A stretch of DNA of 64,000 nt from Anaeramoeba ignava BMAN (taxonomy: Eukaryota > Protista > Anaeramoebae), in NCBI GenBank assembly GCA_028826165.1, contig JAPDFW010000121.1, positions 1 to 64,000 on the forward strand. Reading direction: 5' to 3'. Each line of letters starts with the position of its first letter. Positions within the stretch are counted from its first letter, which is position 1. Positions 12,901 through 26,893 of the stretch are shown piece by piece. The notes below the pieces were generated by a model that made no database searches, was not told where the DNA came from, and worked only from the letters and a program-made list of their open reading frames with translations. The translations under genes and the position numbers were made by a program.

Positions 12901-13757
12901 CAAAATAAAAATCAAAATCAAAATCAAAATCAAAAAGAAAATCAAAATGCAAATCAAATTCAAAATGAAAATCAAAATAAAAATCAAAATAAATTAGAAA
13001 ATGAAAATAAAAATGAAAATGAAAATGAGAAAGAAAAAGAAAAAGAAAAAGAAAAAGAAAAAGAAAATAATCAAATTGAAGATTTTTCATTATTCCAAAA
13101 TACAGAATTTGATTTAATTCAAGAAGTTGAAAATACTGAAGAAATTAATTATTTAATTGTAAAATTTATTCAAATTATTGTTAAAATCGAAAAAAAAATT
13201 TTAAGATGAAATTTTTTATTTAAATATAATTTTAGATTGAAAAGATCTCAATATTATTTAGACTTGCAAGCAGACATGTTTTAGATAATATTCCAAATGT
13301 AAAAAAATTTTTCATTGGAAAAAAAATTCAATTAAATTTTAATTGAAAAAAAAAATAGAATTTTGAAAATAATCCAATTTATCAATGGATTTCTGAATCG
13401 AAAATTCTTGATTTAATTATTAAAACTTTTGGATCTCAATTATTTTCATCTTCACAACTTATTTGTGCTTTAACTCTTAATAATCTTTCAAAAATTTGTA
13501 ACTTAAAACAAAAATAATTTTTAATTTAAAAATTCTTTTTTAAATTTTTTGACATTTTTTTAAAAGCAAATCTTCAACCTTATATTATTAAAAATGCTGG
13601 TGAATTATTAGCTCATTTTGCACAATTTTCAAATGAAAATTCACTTAAAGAATTATCAAATTCCATTTTATCAAATATAAGAGTTACTTATCCTAAAGAA
13701 GTTGATTTTTTAAAAGAAAATGTTCAATTAAATTATCTAACTGAAAAATTTAATTAA
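6914..13757 (+). CDS. Multi-exon armadillo/HEAT-repeat protein (Vac8-like architecture) with a ~450-aa N/Q/E low-complexity insert
   Basis: ATG 6914 (MGNSSKTQ...). Phase-consistent GT-AG splicing through ~14 exons (e.g. 6914-6989, 9196-9309, 9372-9638, ... last exon ending TAA 13755-13757). ARM-like segments LIQEGLIPILSDLCDLPHLEIRRAVVQTFASLS and LIKLLSVQDSTIQYYTLITIANLS. Confidence 0.75.
7065..9193. repeat. 12-bp satellite ATAAAT(A/T)AAATT filling the 2.2-kb first intron (6990-9195) of the ARM gene; also present at 6580-6790
   Basis: Continuous ATAAATAAAATT/ATAAATTAAATT array ending directly in TATAG at 9191-9195. Confidence 0.9.
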
Positions 13758-13857
13758 AATCAATTTATCCATCTTTTTAAAAAATTTAAATTTAAATTGA
13801 AATTTTTTTTTTTTTTCATTTTTTCATTTTTTTCTTTTAATTATTAAAAAAAATAAA

Positions 13858-15191
13858 ATGAAAACTAATTTTTCTGTTACAAAAGAAATTCAAAATGCAA
13901 TTGATTTAATTAATTTAAATAATCAAAATGAAGAAAAATTTTTAGAAATAAAAGAAACAATATCATTTGAAAAAATAATCGAACTTTCTGAAGAATTAAA
14001 AAAAATATCGAAAATTAAATTGATTCCAAATACAAAAATTTGGGTTCATGAATTAATTGAAAATTCAACAATAATTTTTGAGAAAAAAGAAGAACCAAAA
14101 AAAGAAGAATCAGAAACAATGAAAAAAATACGAGAACAATATCAAAATCAACTTTATAATCAAATGGTTCAAGATTTGAATGTTCCACTTTTTTATAATA
14201 AACATTTAGAAAAAACTGATAATTTTGGTAAAGCTTTTGCTGAAATGTCTATTGGTTTAGATAGTGGGATATCTGTTTTAGTTGTTGGAATTTTTGTTGG
14301 ATTTGGTTCTAAATTTTTTACTGATGATCCTTCAAAAGTAATTTTAATCAAATTAAATCAATTAAAATTTAAATTAAAATTAAAATCAAAATCAAAATCA
14401 AAATTAAAATCAAAATTAAAATTAAAATCAAAATCAAAATCAAAATCAAAATCAAAATCAAAATTAAAATTAAAATCAATTAAATTCAAAATTAAATCAA
14501 AATTAAAATTAAAATTAAATCAAAAATCAAATCAAAATTCAAAATCTAAAATTAAAATTAAAATCAAAATCGAATTAAAATTAAAATCAAAATTCAAAAA
14601 TCAAAATTAAAAATCAAAATCAAAAAATCAAAATTAAAATCAAAATCAAAATTAAAGAAATTCAAAATTCAAAATCAAAAAAAAAATCAAAATCAAAATC
14701 AAAATCAAAATCAAAAAAAAATCAAAATCAAAATTCAAAATCAAAATCAAAAAAAATCAAAATCAAAAATCAAAATTAAAATTCAAAGTAAAATTAAAAT
14801 CAAAAATTAAAATTAAATTAAAATAAAAAAAATCAAAAAAAAATAAAAAATCAAAATCAAAAAAAATCAAAATCAAAAAATCCAAAAAATCAAAATTAAA
14901 ATTTTAATCAAAATCAAAATCAAAATCAAAATCAAAATCAAAATCAAAATCAAAATTGAAATGAAAATCAAAATCAAAATCAAAATCAAAATTAAAATCA
15001 AAATTCAAAATCCAAAATAATTTGTTCCTAATTTTTTCTTCTTCTTAAATCTTTTTTAGCCTTATATTTTTGGTTTAATTACTGCTTTAATTTTGATTAT
15101 TGTCTTTTTCTTATTATTTTTAATCAGATCTAGAAAAAAAAAACGTTTAAAAAGAAGAAGAAGAAAAACAAACTTAAAAAATCAAAAATGA
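13858..15191 (+). CDS. VMA12: V-ATPase assembly factor Vma12/Vph2/TMEM199-like; exons 13858-14337 and 15060-15191
   Basis: WVHELIENSTIIF...IREQYQNQLYNQMVQDL matches the Vma12/TMEM199 pattern. Two C-terminal TM helices (GISVLVVGIFVGFG; exon 2 PYIFGLITALILIIVFFLLFLIRS) and a basic tail. Intron 14338-15059 is an AAAATC/AAAATT satellite. Confidence 0.75.
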
Positions 15192-15275
15192 AAAAAAAAA
15201 TTTATTTTAAAACAAAACAAAAAAACAAAATTCATTTTTTTCATTTTTTTCCTTTTATTTTCTTGTTTTGAAAAA

Positions 15276-15605
15276 ATGAATGAAAATGAATTAAATCTAA
15301 ATCAAAATTTAAATCAAAATCAACTTGAAATTTCTGAAGAAACTAAAAAATCAATTAAAACAATTTCAGAAACAATTTCTTCTTTTATTGAAAATGTTAA
15401 AAAAATGAATCAACAAATTGAAACGTAAAAAAAATAATAGAATTAAATTTAATTGAATTGAATTGAAAATAATAAAAAGAATAATAATTAAAATTGAATT
15501 TTTTTTTAATTTTTTTTTAGTGTTTTAAGAAACAAAGATTTATTAGAAGAAGTTGCATTAAAATTAGAAAATAAATTAAAAGAAGATGAAAAAGAATTAA
15601 ATTAA
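15276..15605 (+). CDS. Small 77-aa coiled-coil protein, not in the ORF track; exons 15276-15424 and 15521-15605
   Basis: MNENELNLNQ...EETKKSIKTISETISSFIENVKKMNQQIET-VLRNKDLLEEVALKLENKLKEDEKELN*; the GT(15425)-AG(15520) intron is phase-consistent. Confidence 0.65.
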
Positions 15606-15966
15606 ATTAAATTAAAACAAAAATTTAATCATTTTTTTTGGAAAATCTTTTATTTTTTTTATATTAATACATAAAAAGAAAATCATTTTAATTTTGAATT
15701 TGAATTTGATTTTAAATTTGATTTTAATTTTGATTTAGATTTTGAATTTGAATTTGATTTTGAATTTGATTTTGATATTGATTTTGATATTGATTTTGAT
15801 TTTGAATTTGATTTAGATTTTGATTTTGATTTTAATTTTAATTTTAATTTTAATTTTGATTTTAATTTTGATTTTGATTTTGATATTGATTTTGATTTTG
15901 ATTTTAATTTTAATTTTGATTTTATAAATGAATTTTAATTTTGATTTTGATTTTAATTTTTGGATT

Positions 15967-18900
15967 TTAATTGATTTGTTGATTTTCATAAGTAATTTCA
16001 TTTTCATTTTCATTTCTATTGAGATTTTCATTTTCATTTTCATTTAAATTTTGATTTTGAAATTGATTATCATTATCATCCAAATCTAAATCCAAATTAT
16101 CATTATTATCATTATTATTATCATTATTATCCAAATCCAAATTTAAATTATTATTAATATTATCATTATTTTCATTATCATTTTGATTGTTAAAATCATT
16201 TAATATCAATCCATCTTTTGAATTTTTTTGCATTTCAATTTTATCTTTAAATAATTCAAGATTTGTTTTTTTATTCATAACTTCTTTATATATTTTGATA
16301 ATTTCTTTTGTTCTTTTTATTGGACATTTTGATTTTGCTTTTGATATTTCTGTATGATAAGATTCTAGTTCATTATAAGTTACAAAACTTGAGAAACTAA
16401 AATTTGGTTTAAAAGATTTTGAACAAAATACTTGTTTCCAATTTCCACAACAACCTGATGAAAATGGATTTTCTCTTCCAGCATAAGTACTTTTTAACTA
16501 GTTTTGATTTTGATTTTAATTTTAATTTTGATTTTGATTTTGATTTTGATTTTGATTTTGATTTTCAATTTGATTTGTTGATTTTGATTTTAATTTTAAT
16601 TTTGATTTTGATTTTGATTTTGATTTTGATTTTGATTTTGATTTTGATTTTGATTTTGATTTTGATTTTTGAATTTTGATTTTGATTTTGATTTTGATTT
16701 TGATTTTGATTTTGATTTTGATTTTGATTTTGATTTTGATTTTAATTTTAATTTTGATTTTAATTTCAATTTTGATTTGGATTTAGATTTTGATTTTAAT
16801 TTTAATTTATATTTTGATTTATATTTTGATTTTAATTTTGATTTTGATTTGGATTTGATTTAGATTTTAATTTTGATTTTTATTTTAATTTTAATTTTGA
16901 TTTTGATTTATATTTTTGATTTATATTTTGATTTTGATTTTAATTTTGATTTTGATTTTGATTTTGATTTTGATTTAGATTTTGATTTTGATTTTGATTT
17001 TGATTTTGATTTTGATTTTAATTTTGATTTTAATTTTGATTTTGATTTTGATTTTAATTTTTAAATTTTTGATTTTGATTTTGATTTTGATTTTGATTTT
17101 AATTTTGATTTTGATTTTGATTATAATTTTGATTTTGATTTTGATTTTAATTTTGATTTTAATTTTAATTTTGATTTTGATTTTGATTTTGATTTTGATT
17201 TTAATTTTGATTTTAATTTGGATTTTGATTTTGATTATAATTTTTATCTTGATTTTTTACATATTCATGTGTTGTTAAATTTTGAGAAATTAAAGACATA
17301 TGATAAATTGATAAATGAGTTGTTTGCCAACCACTTATAATTCCAATAAAAGCAATAATTAAACTAAATAATCAAAAAAAAAAAGTTAAATTTTTTCCAT
17401 TTTCTTTTTCAAAAAATAAATACGTTTGAGGAAAATGTTTTAAAGCTTGATTAAATGCATTAATTCCATCATAATTTGAAAATTTTTTTCTTGTTTCTAA
17501 AATCAATAGAATAATTGAGAAAACTATTACAAAATATTCAGCTAAAGTAATTAAAAAAACAAATAGAATAAAATATCGATAATTTCTTAGCCCAACATCA
17601 CTTCCAACCCAAGGACCTTAAATAAAGAGAAAACATAAAAATATTTAGAAAGAAGAAGATGAAGAGAAAATTTGTAATTAAATGATATAATAAAATTAAG
17701 AAGAAAAAAAGATATTTAAATGAATTTTTTTTTGTTCCACTTTTTTTTGAATATTTTTTTTTTGATTATATTTTTTTGATTATATTTTTTTGGTTATATT
17801 TTTTTTTGATTATATTTTTTTCATTATATTTTTTTGATTATATTTTTGATTATATTTTTGATTATTTTTTTTTGATTATATTTTTTTGATTATATTTTTT
17901 TTTTCATTTTATTTTGATTATATTTTTTTTTGATTATATTTTTTTTTGATTTACAATGATGATCAAATTTTTCAACGCATTGATCACATTGTCTACAATG
18001 TGAAGTTCTAGGTGGTCTATAAATATTACAACTTGCTTTTTTTATTATTTTAATTTTGATTTCAAAAATGAATTTTAATTTTAAATTTGAATAATTTATT
18101 CAAAAAAAACAAACAGCAATAAAATAATCGAAAATTTTCATCTTGAATTTTGATATTTTTTGTAGATTCTGGATAAATGAGAGTTTTGTTTTCATATTCT
18201 TTTTTTTGCTAAATAAAACAAAAGAATTTTAATTTTAATTTTGATTTTGATTTTGATTTTAATTTTGATTTGAATTTGATTTTGATTTTGATTTTGATTT
18301 TGATTTTAATTTTAATTTTGATTTTGATTTTGATTTTGATTTTAATTTTGATTTTAATTTTAATTTTAATTTTGATTTTAATTTTAATTTTGATTTTGAT
18401 TTTAATTTTAATTTTAATTTTAATTTTTGATTTTTTAATTTTAATTTTGATTTTGATTTTGATTTTAATTTTGATTTTGATTTTGATTTTGAATTTTGAT
18501 TTTGATTTTGATTTTTGATTTTTGATTTTGATTTTGATTTTGATTTTGATTTTGATTTTAATTTTGATTTTAATTTTGATTTTGATTTTGATTTTGATTT
18601 TGATTTTGATTTTGATTTTGATTTTAATTTTAATTTCAATTTTAATTTTAATTTTGATTTTGATTTTAATTTGGATTTTAATTTTGATTTTGATTTTGAT
18701 TTTGATTTTGATTTTGATTTTGATTTTGATTTTGATTTTAATTTTAATTTTAATTTTGATTTGGATTTTGATTTTGATTTTAATTTTGATTTGGATTTTG
18801 ATTTTGATTTTAATTTTAATTTTGATTTGGATTTGGAATAAAAAATTTTTTTTTTCAATAAAGAATTGGCGTTAAACTTTTCAAAAGGAAAAAAATGAAA

Positions 18901-19288
18901 AAAATGAAAAAAATGAAAAAAATACAATAACTTCAGGTAAAGGACTTCTTTTAACAATACCAGGATTAACAAAAGCGGTTAAAAACAAGAATAAATTAAC
19001 AAAGAACCAAAAGAGAATTGAAATAACAAAAACATAATAAGACCAAAAAGGAATTAAATTCCAAGCAATTAAACAAATAAAAACCAACATTGGAATATTA
19101 AATAAAAAAAAAGTAAACAAAAGCATATGAATATCTGGACCTGTTGAACATGATCCCTTACAGCAAAACCTTATATTCCCTGGCCATACTTTCCATTGCT
19201 TTACTTTGATTTGTCGAGATTCATCTTTTACATTCGGTAATATTGTTTCTTCTTTTAATAATTCGTGTATTTTTTTAATTTGGATCAT
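15967..19288 (-). CDS. DHHC palmitoyltransferase (ERF2/ZDHHC9-like); exons 19288-~18926, 18208-18115, 18035-17955, 17616-17424, 17363-17261, 16497-15967
   Basis: N-terminal [16 protein letters not shown] helices and NPGIV; spliced [48 protein letters not shown]; TTHE motif; [16 protein letters not shown]. Confidence 0.93.
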
Positions 19289-19813
19289 TTAATTTTTTTA
19301 TTATTTTTAATCTATTTTATTTGAAAAAAAAAAAAGGAATAAAAAAAGAAATAAAAATGAAAAATGAAAAAAAATTTTTTTTAATTTAGATTTTTAATTG
19401 AAAAATTTTTTTTTAATTTAGATTTCAATTTTCTTTTTTCTTCTCCTTTAATAAACAATTTTATAAATAATTTTATAAATAATTTTATATTTAATCAAAT
19501 TCCACTTTTTATTCCACTTTTTAAATAATTTTATAAATAATTTTATAATTAATTTTATAAATAATTTTATAAACAATCAAATTCCACTTTTTATTTAATT
19601 TTATAAATAATTTTATATTTAATTTTATAAATAATTTTATATTTAATTTTATAAATAATTTTATATTTAATTTTATAATTAATTTTATATTCAATTTTTT
19701 ATTCAATTTTATAAATAATTTTATATTTAATTTTATATTTAATTTTATAAAAAATCTTCTTTTTTCATTTCATTTTTTTATTTAAAAAAAAAAAACAGAA
19801 AATTTAATTTTAT

Positions 19814-22800
19814 TTAATCTTCTTTTTTATCAACTTCCTTTGGTTTCTTTCCTCTTTTCAAATTTATATCTTCAATATTCGAATACTCCAAATCATTTGG
19901 AGAATTATTTTTATAAACCAAAGAAGGAGAAAAACTTCGAAGTTGTTTTTCTTCAATTTCCATATCTTGAGCATCTTGTGATTCTTGATTTGGAAAAAAA
20001 CGAGGAACATAACGATTCTTTTGACGGAAATTAAACGGTTGATTATGACTTGGTTTTCGAGAATAATGATAATTTTTATTTCTACGAAATTTATATCTTT
20101 GTGAATGTGAATTTGAATTTAAATTTAAATTAATTTTTATATTTTGTTTTTTCTCATGATTCTTCCTTCCAAAATTATCATCTTCCTTTGATTCTTGTTC
20201 AATAGAATAAGGCTTCAAAAAATATCCTCCTCTTTCTTCAGAATTTATATTTTTTTGAGTTATTTTCATTGGACCATTCAATTGACTGTTTTTGACAGCA
20301 TTTGATTTTTCATCATTTTTTGCAGTTTGATTTTCAAATTGAATCACTTCTGGCGATTTTTTAGCCAGCTCTTCTTCCTTTAGATTGTTTAAATGATAGG
20401 TTTCATAGTCTTGGATTGGTTTTTTCTCTTGGAAATTTTGATTTTTCAAAGTTGATAAATTAGAGAAAAATGGAGTTGATTGATTTTTGTTAAAAAAATA
20501 TTGTGGATTTTGAACAGGAAAAAATTGAGAAGTATTAGTCATTGTTTGAGACGGAGTATTGCTATGAATTTCTCGGTGAATATTCGTTTCATAACTTTGA
20601 CTCCTTGTAATTGGAAAAGAAGAAAGCTGAGTGAAATCCAATTCAGTATTTTTTGGATCAGTTTCGTTTTCATGATGATAATGTTCTATTTGAGGCTGAA
20701 TTTGAGCCTTTGGCATTCGTGAATTGTCATATTTTTTTGTGGAAATTCGGTTTTTTTCTGTTGATTCAACCAAATTATCATCTTTTTCATTTGTATATTT
20801 TTTCTCGTTTTCGAGATTTAATGGATATTGAGAAGAATATGAATTCGTTTCCAAATTTGAATTTGCGTTGATTATTTTGGTATTTGAATCAGTATCCAAA
20901 TTCATTGTTGGATCATAAATTTTTGTATTTTTTTGGATGATATTTTGATCATCATTTTTCGGAATAATTGGTATTCTTGAAGATAAATTTGAAGGAAAAA
21001 ACTTCGATATTTGTTGTTTTTCGTTGATAATGTGATAATTTAACGGTGGATATTTAACAAGTTTTGTATCTGATGAGCTTCTTCCTAATTGAAGAATATC
21101 TGTATATGTTGAGTCTTGTGGTGAATATTGCTGTTGAATTTTTAATGGTGAAATTTTTTCTGTTTGTGATGATTGTGGATCAATGTTTATTGGAGATTTT
21201 TTATCGTTGGTTTTATTTTCATTTTTTTGTTCTTCTTGTTTTTCTTGTTTTTCTTGTTTTGATTCTTCATTCTTTTTTGTATTTCGGAATTTTTTATAAT
21301 CTGATAAAGAAAGTTTGGATTTTTTGTTGGTTTTTTGATATTCATTGGATTTTTCTGTTTTGTTTGATTTTGATTTTGATTTTGATTTTTCTTTTTTATG
21401 ATTATTATTTTCATTTTCATTTTTAATTTCATCGTTTTTTATTTCATCTTTTTTTATTTCATCTTTTTTAATCTCATCTTTTTTAATTTCATCTTTTTTA
21501 ATTTCATCTTTTTTAATTTCATCTTTTTTAATTTCATCTTTTTTAATTTCATCTTTTTTAATTTCATCTTTTTATTTCATCTTTTGATTTTTGTTTTTGA
21601 TTTGACTTTGATTTTAATCTTTTTTTTTGGTTTTTGTTTTGGTTTTTGTTTTGGTTTTTGTTTTTGTTTTGGTTTTTGTTTTGGTTTTTTTTGTTTTTGT
21701 TTTTGTTTTGATTTTGGTTTTGATTTTGGTTTTGATTTTGGTTTTGATTTTGGTTTTGGTTTTGATTTTGGTTTTGGTTTTGATTTTGGTTTTGATTTTG
21801 ATTTTGATTTTGATTTTGATTTTGATTTTGATTTTTCTTGATTTTGATTTTGATTTTGATTTTCTTGGTTTTGATTTTCTTGATTTTGATTTTCTTGATT
21901 TTCTTGATTTTCTTAATTTTCTTTGATAAGATTCATCTTCAGACTCAGATTCTTCTTCATCTTCATCTTCATCTTCATCTTCATCTTCAGATTCAGATTC
22001 ACTTTGATATTCATTTTCAGATTGATATTCGGATTCATCATCATCATCAGAATCACTTTCAGAAACAGATTCAGATTGATTATCATCATCAGATTCATCA
22101 GAATCATTTCCAGAATCAGTTTCATTTTGGTTATTATTACTGTCATCATCATCATCAGAATCATTTTCAGATTCAGTTTCCATTTCATCAGAATCATTTT
22201 CAATTTCTGAATCTGTTTCTATTTCAGAATCATCATCAGATTCATTTTCTGTTTCATCATCAGATTCATCATCAGATTCATCTTCGGTTTCCATTTCATT
22301 TTCAGATTCATCTTCAGATTCATTTTCTGATTCTGAATCAGTTTCCATTTCATTATCAGATTCATCTTCAGATTCATTTTCTGAATCAGTTTCAATTTCA
22401 TTATCAGATTCATCTTCAGATTCATTTTCTGAATCTGAATCAGTTTCCATTTCATCTTCTGATTCTGATTCACTTGATTGTTTTTTCTTGTTTTTATTCT
22501 TTTTATTTTTATATTTGCTTTTTTTGTCTTTTATATCTTTTTTCTTTTGAATTTGTTTATCTTTTTTAATATCTTTAATTTGTTTATCTTTTTTAATATC
22601 TTTAATTTGTTTATTTTCTTGGATTTTGGAATTTTTTGGTTTTCTAAGAGTAGATTTTCTATTTTCCTTAATAATTATTACAGCCTTTTTTTCAATTTCT
22701 TTTTTTGTTGAATTATCTTTTTCATCTGTTTTTTTTAATTGATTTTTTTGATTCTTTAATTCTTGATCTTTTTTATTGTTTATATTTTTGTTTGCTTTTT

Positions 22801-25800
22801 TTTTCTCTTCTTTATCTACTTTATTATTTATATTTTTATTTACTTCTTTTTTGTCTTCATTCTTGTTATCTTTTTTTAAATTATTTTGTTCTTCATTTTT
22901 ACTCCTTGATAAATTCTTTTGATTTTTATTCTTTTGATTTTGATTTCTTTTTTGATTTCTTTTTTGATTTCTTTTTTGATTTTGATTCTCTTTTGCTTTT
23001 TCATTCTTTTTATAATTTTCTTTATTAATTTCTTTTTCTTTTTCTTTATTAATTTCTTTTTTAATTTCTTTTTCTTTTTCTTTATTATTAATTTCTTTTT
23101 CTTTTTCTTTTGGAATTAAATCAGTTTTAATTCTTTGATTGTTTTGATCTTCTTTTTTAATAGTTTCAATTGTTTTTTTCTGTAATTTATCAAGGATTTC
23201 ATTATTTTCTTTTTCTTTTTGATTTTTATTTTGATTTTTATTTTCAATTTCCTTTTGATTTTCTTTTTTAATTTCCTTTTGATTTTCTTTTTTAATTTCC
23301 TTTTGATTTTGATTTTCTTTAGGATTCAAAATAGAATCAATAATTAAATCACTATTAGAAGTTATATTTTGATTTTTATTTTCAATTTGATTTTGATTTT
23401 GATTTTGATTTTGATTTTCAATTTGATTTTGATTTTGATTTTGATTTTTATTTTTATTTTCAATTTTATTTTGAGTTTGATTTTGGTTTTGATTTTCATT
23501 TTTATTTTGAATTTCATTTTCAATTTGATTTTGATTTTGATTTTGATTTTAATTTTGAATTTTCAATTTGATTTTCATTTTCAATTTCATTTTCAATTTC
23601 ATTTTGATTTTGATTTTGATTTTGTTTATAGTGTTCAATTAATATCCTCTTTTTATAAAAAACAAATTGTGCTTGTTCATTTGGATTTTGTTGTAAATTA
23701 GTAGATTCATCAACCAAAGAAAATAACTTAGAAACAGCTCCAATAAGTGGTTTTTTTTTGTTTTCTTTTGGGCAAAATAAAAAATCATTAATAGATAATA
23801 GATTATCCAATTCTTTTGGTTTCATAAATTGAAATTTTTCTTTGTTTTTTTGATGGGATTTTCTAATATGCTTTAAATTTGATGGATTTTTTGATTTCTT
23901 TTTTCTTTTCCGATTTTCAAAACTTCTGATTTTTTTAGGTTTATCAATTTTGCAAATTAATTTAAAATTATAACTTTTCTTAATAGGAATTTGTTGTTGA
24001 GGTTCTTGAGTAATTATCTTTTGATTTTCTTCAATTTCATTTTGATTTTGATTTTGATTTTGATTTAAATTCACAATTCGATTTTCCATTTTCATTTTTT
24101 TTTGTTTTAATAAAAGTTGGCAATAAGTGCATAAAATCAAATTTGGATCATAACTTTTAATACAGGATAAATGTTGAAAACCAAGACATCTTGTGCATTT
24201 AATCAATTTTGCCTTAGGATCCCTTGTATTCTATAATAAATAAATAAATAAATAATTAATTAATTGATTAATAATTAATTGATGAAATTTTCCTAAATTT
24301 ACATTTCCACAAGGGCAATTAATAATTCGTGGTTCGCATTTTTCACAACAATATAAATCATTTGATGTGATAACATCTATGCATTCTTGATGTTGATAAA
24401 AATTGCAGATTGTGCATTTAATCATTCCTTTTCGATAATCATTCTTTCCACATCGACATCTAATTAAATTTGGTGTTATTTTTTCTTCATATTCATCTTC
24501 ATTTTCATTTCCATATTCATATTCATCTTCATCTTCATCTTCATCATCTTCATCATCATCTTCATATTCATATTCATATTCATACTCGTCATATCCATCT
24601 TTTTTTGAATTTGAATCTAATATTGGCACTCTTTTATGAGATCTTAAAAAATCCAAATTTCTATCATTTGGATATTTAACTTCTGATTTTCCTTTATTGT
24701 TGTTCTTTTTTTTTTCTCTGTGAATTTGCTTCGATTTTGGTTTTTTTCCAAATTGGTTTTTCTTTTGGTTTTTGGAGTTATTAGAAACGGAATCTTTCCG
24801 TCGAGTATTTTGGTTTTTAATACGAGAATTAACAATTTTAACTAGTTTTTGATGTTCTTCATAATCTTTTTCCTGGGTTTGGAGTATTTTGATCAAGTCA
24901 GGAAATGTATTTCCACAATTCCACAAAAAAGAACCAAGATTTTCAACAAAAACATTATCAATTTTAGTTCTTTTTTTCAATTTTCTTAAAGTTTGATTGT
25001 CTCGAATAATTTTTTCTTCATCATTTTTAATTTGGAATTCTTTCAATTGAAGATTTTTAGATGTTGATTCTTGGGTTTCAGTTTCTTTTCTGTATGATTT
25101 TTCAATTTCATCGAATCTATTTTTCATTTGTGTCGAAATTTGGGAAACAATATTACTCATTTGCTTAAGGGTAGTTTTCCCATTTTTTTGGAAATTTTGT
25201 TGAGTAAAAATATCCAAATTATCAAATTGATTAGAATTTCCATTTGATAATAAATTTTCCTTCTTATTTAAGTTAAGTGTTTGAGATGATAAATTTTCCT
25301 TCTTATTTAAATTAAGTGTTTGAGATGATAAATTTTCCTTCTTATTTAAATTAAGTGTTTGAGATGATAGATTTTCCTTCTTATTTAAATTAAGTGTTTG
25401 AGATGATAGATTTTCCTTCTTATTTAAGTTAAGTGTTTGAGATGATAAATTTTTCTGTTGATTTTCAGTTTTCTTGTAATTCAAATCTGAATGAGATTGA
25501 AGATTTTCAAAACCAGTTCTTGAATCATTGATAGTTTTATCAATTGATGTTGACAAGTTATTTTCAGAAGGAAAGCGTTTAAATCCATATATAAATTGAT
25601 TACTACCACCAAAAAAATTAGAATTTTTTCCTTTATTTTCCAAATTCTTATTCAATTCATTATTTTTTGCAAACGCATTATTTTTAAACTGAAAATCGTC
25701 ATCAAATAATTCTCTTCTTACTATTGAATAATTTGATAAACTTTTACTTTTTTGAAGAGAATTTTTTGGATAATTAACAATTTGGTTATTTGAAAATGAA

Positions 25801-26183
25801 AAATTATTTTCTGAAAATTTTGTGCTATTAAATAAATCTGGATCTTGATTTAATTCATCATTTGATTGATGTTTAATTGGCCAAGTTAAATTATTTTGAC
25901 CGAAATTATTTGTTAATTGATTCAAGTTATTGATTAAATTTTTCTTTTCATTTAAAATTTCTTCAATTTGAGGATGAGTTGAAAATTGTTTTATATTTTG
26001 AATATTTTTATTTTTTTCCTGTTTTTCTTTATTTTCTTTATTTTCTTTATTTTCTTTATTTTCTTTATTTTCTTTCTCTTTTGGTTTTGATTGTAATAAT
26101 GAAAGTTTTGAATTAGATTCATTTGTTTCTATGTCTGATTTTGCTTTAAATGTTTTTTTTGTTTGAAGAGAAGAAAGATCCAT
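19814..26183 (-). CDS. Very large (~2,100 aa) tandem PHD-finger protein with acidic and K/S low-complexity tracts; one intron (24302-24231) and at least 3 apparent frameshifts in repeats
   Basis: PHD1 IRCRCGK...[16 protein letters not shown]...YCCEKC; spliced PHD2 [29 protein letters not shown]...LCTYC. ORFs 24231-26183, 23520-24206, 21614-23329 and 19814-20905 join in series if single-base indels at ~23560, ~21835 and ~21570-21620 are corrected. Confidence 0.6.
25245..25450 (-). repeat. 39-bp coding tandem repeat ([13 protein letters not shown] x5)
   Basis: Seen directly in the DNA and in the translation. Confidence 0.9.
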
Positions 26184-26411
26184 TTTTTAAATAAAATAAA
26201 AAAAAATTTTTTAAAAAGCGAAAAAAAAAAATGAAAAAATGAAAAAAAAAAAAATTAAAAAAATAAAAAAAAATAATTTTTTTAATTATTATAATATTTT
26301 TTTATATATACTTTAAAAAATATGAAATACAAATAAGAAAAATTTTTTTTATTTAAAATTTTTTTTTTCCATTTTTTTTTTCATTTTTTCATTTTAAATT
26401 TTAAAAAAGAA

Positions 26412-26893
26412 ATGAAAAGTAAATTAATTTTTCAAAAATTAAATTTTAAATTAGAATTATTTTTAAATTTATTTTTATTTTTAAACTTATTTTTTTAGAT
26501 AGAAAATTTCAAAAAAATTTTTCAATTAAAAAAAAAACTCCAACAAAAATAAGTGATTTAAATGTTCTTTTTGATCCTGAATTAGAAAATGATTTAGAAT
26601 TTAATCCAAAAAAATTTAAAAAACAAAATAAAAATCAAAATCAAAAACAAAATAAAATTCAAAATCAAAATAAAAATCAAAATAAAAATCAAAATCAAAA
26701 TCTAAATCAAAATCAAAATCAAAATAAAAAAATAATTGAAAAACAAATGAAAAAAATTGAAAAACAAATGAAAAAAATTGAAAAACAAATGAAAATAATT
26801 GAAAACAATGAAAAAATAATAGAAAAGAATCAAATACAGATTGAAAATTTAAATTTTGTTAAAAATATGAATAAAAACAAAAGGAAAAAATAA
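26412..26893 (+). CDS. Small basic hypothetical protein (~133 aa), not in the ORF track; exons 26412-26418 and 26499-26893
   Basis: A 7-nt first exon ATGAAAA|GT and acceptor TAG 26496-26498 lead into an open frame MKNRKFQKNFSIKKKTPTKISDLNVLFDPELENDLEFNPKKFKK...KRKK*. Divergent from the PHD gene. Confidence 0.5.

Noticed and set aside
11696-13090. 464-aa FDFH-repeat ORF and similar ILIL/KIKI/FDFD ORFs (16419-17278, 18259-18972, 44501-44962, 58389-58852)
   Set aside because: Antisense or off-frame readings of hexamer microsatellites that lack stop codons; they overlap real exons or introns.
14338-14610. KS/KL-rich C-terminus of the 250-aa ORF
   Set aside because: Read-through into a satellite intron; the true second exon at 15060 supplies the second TM helix.
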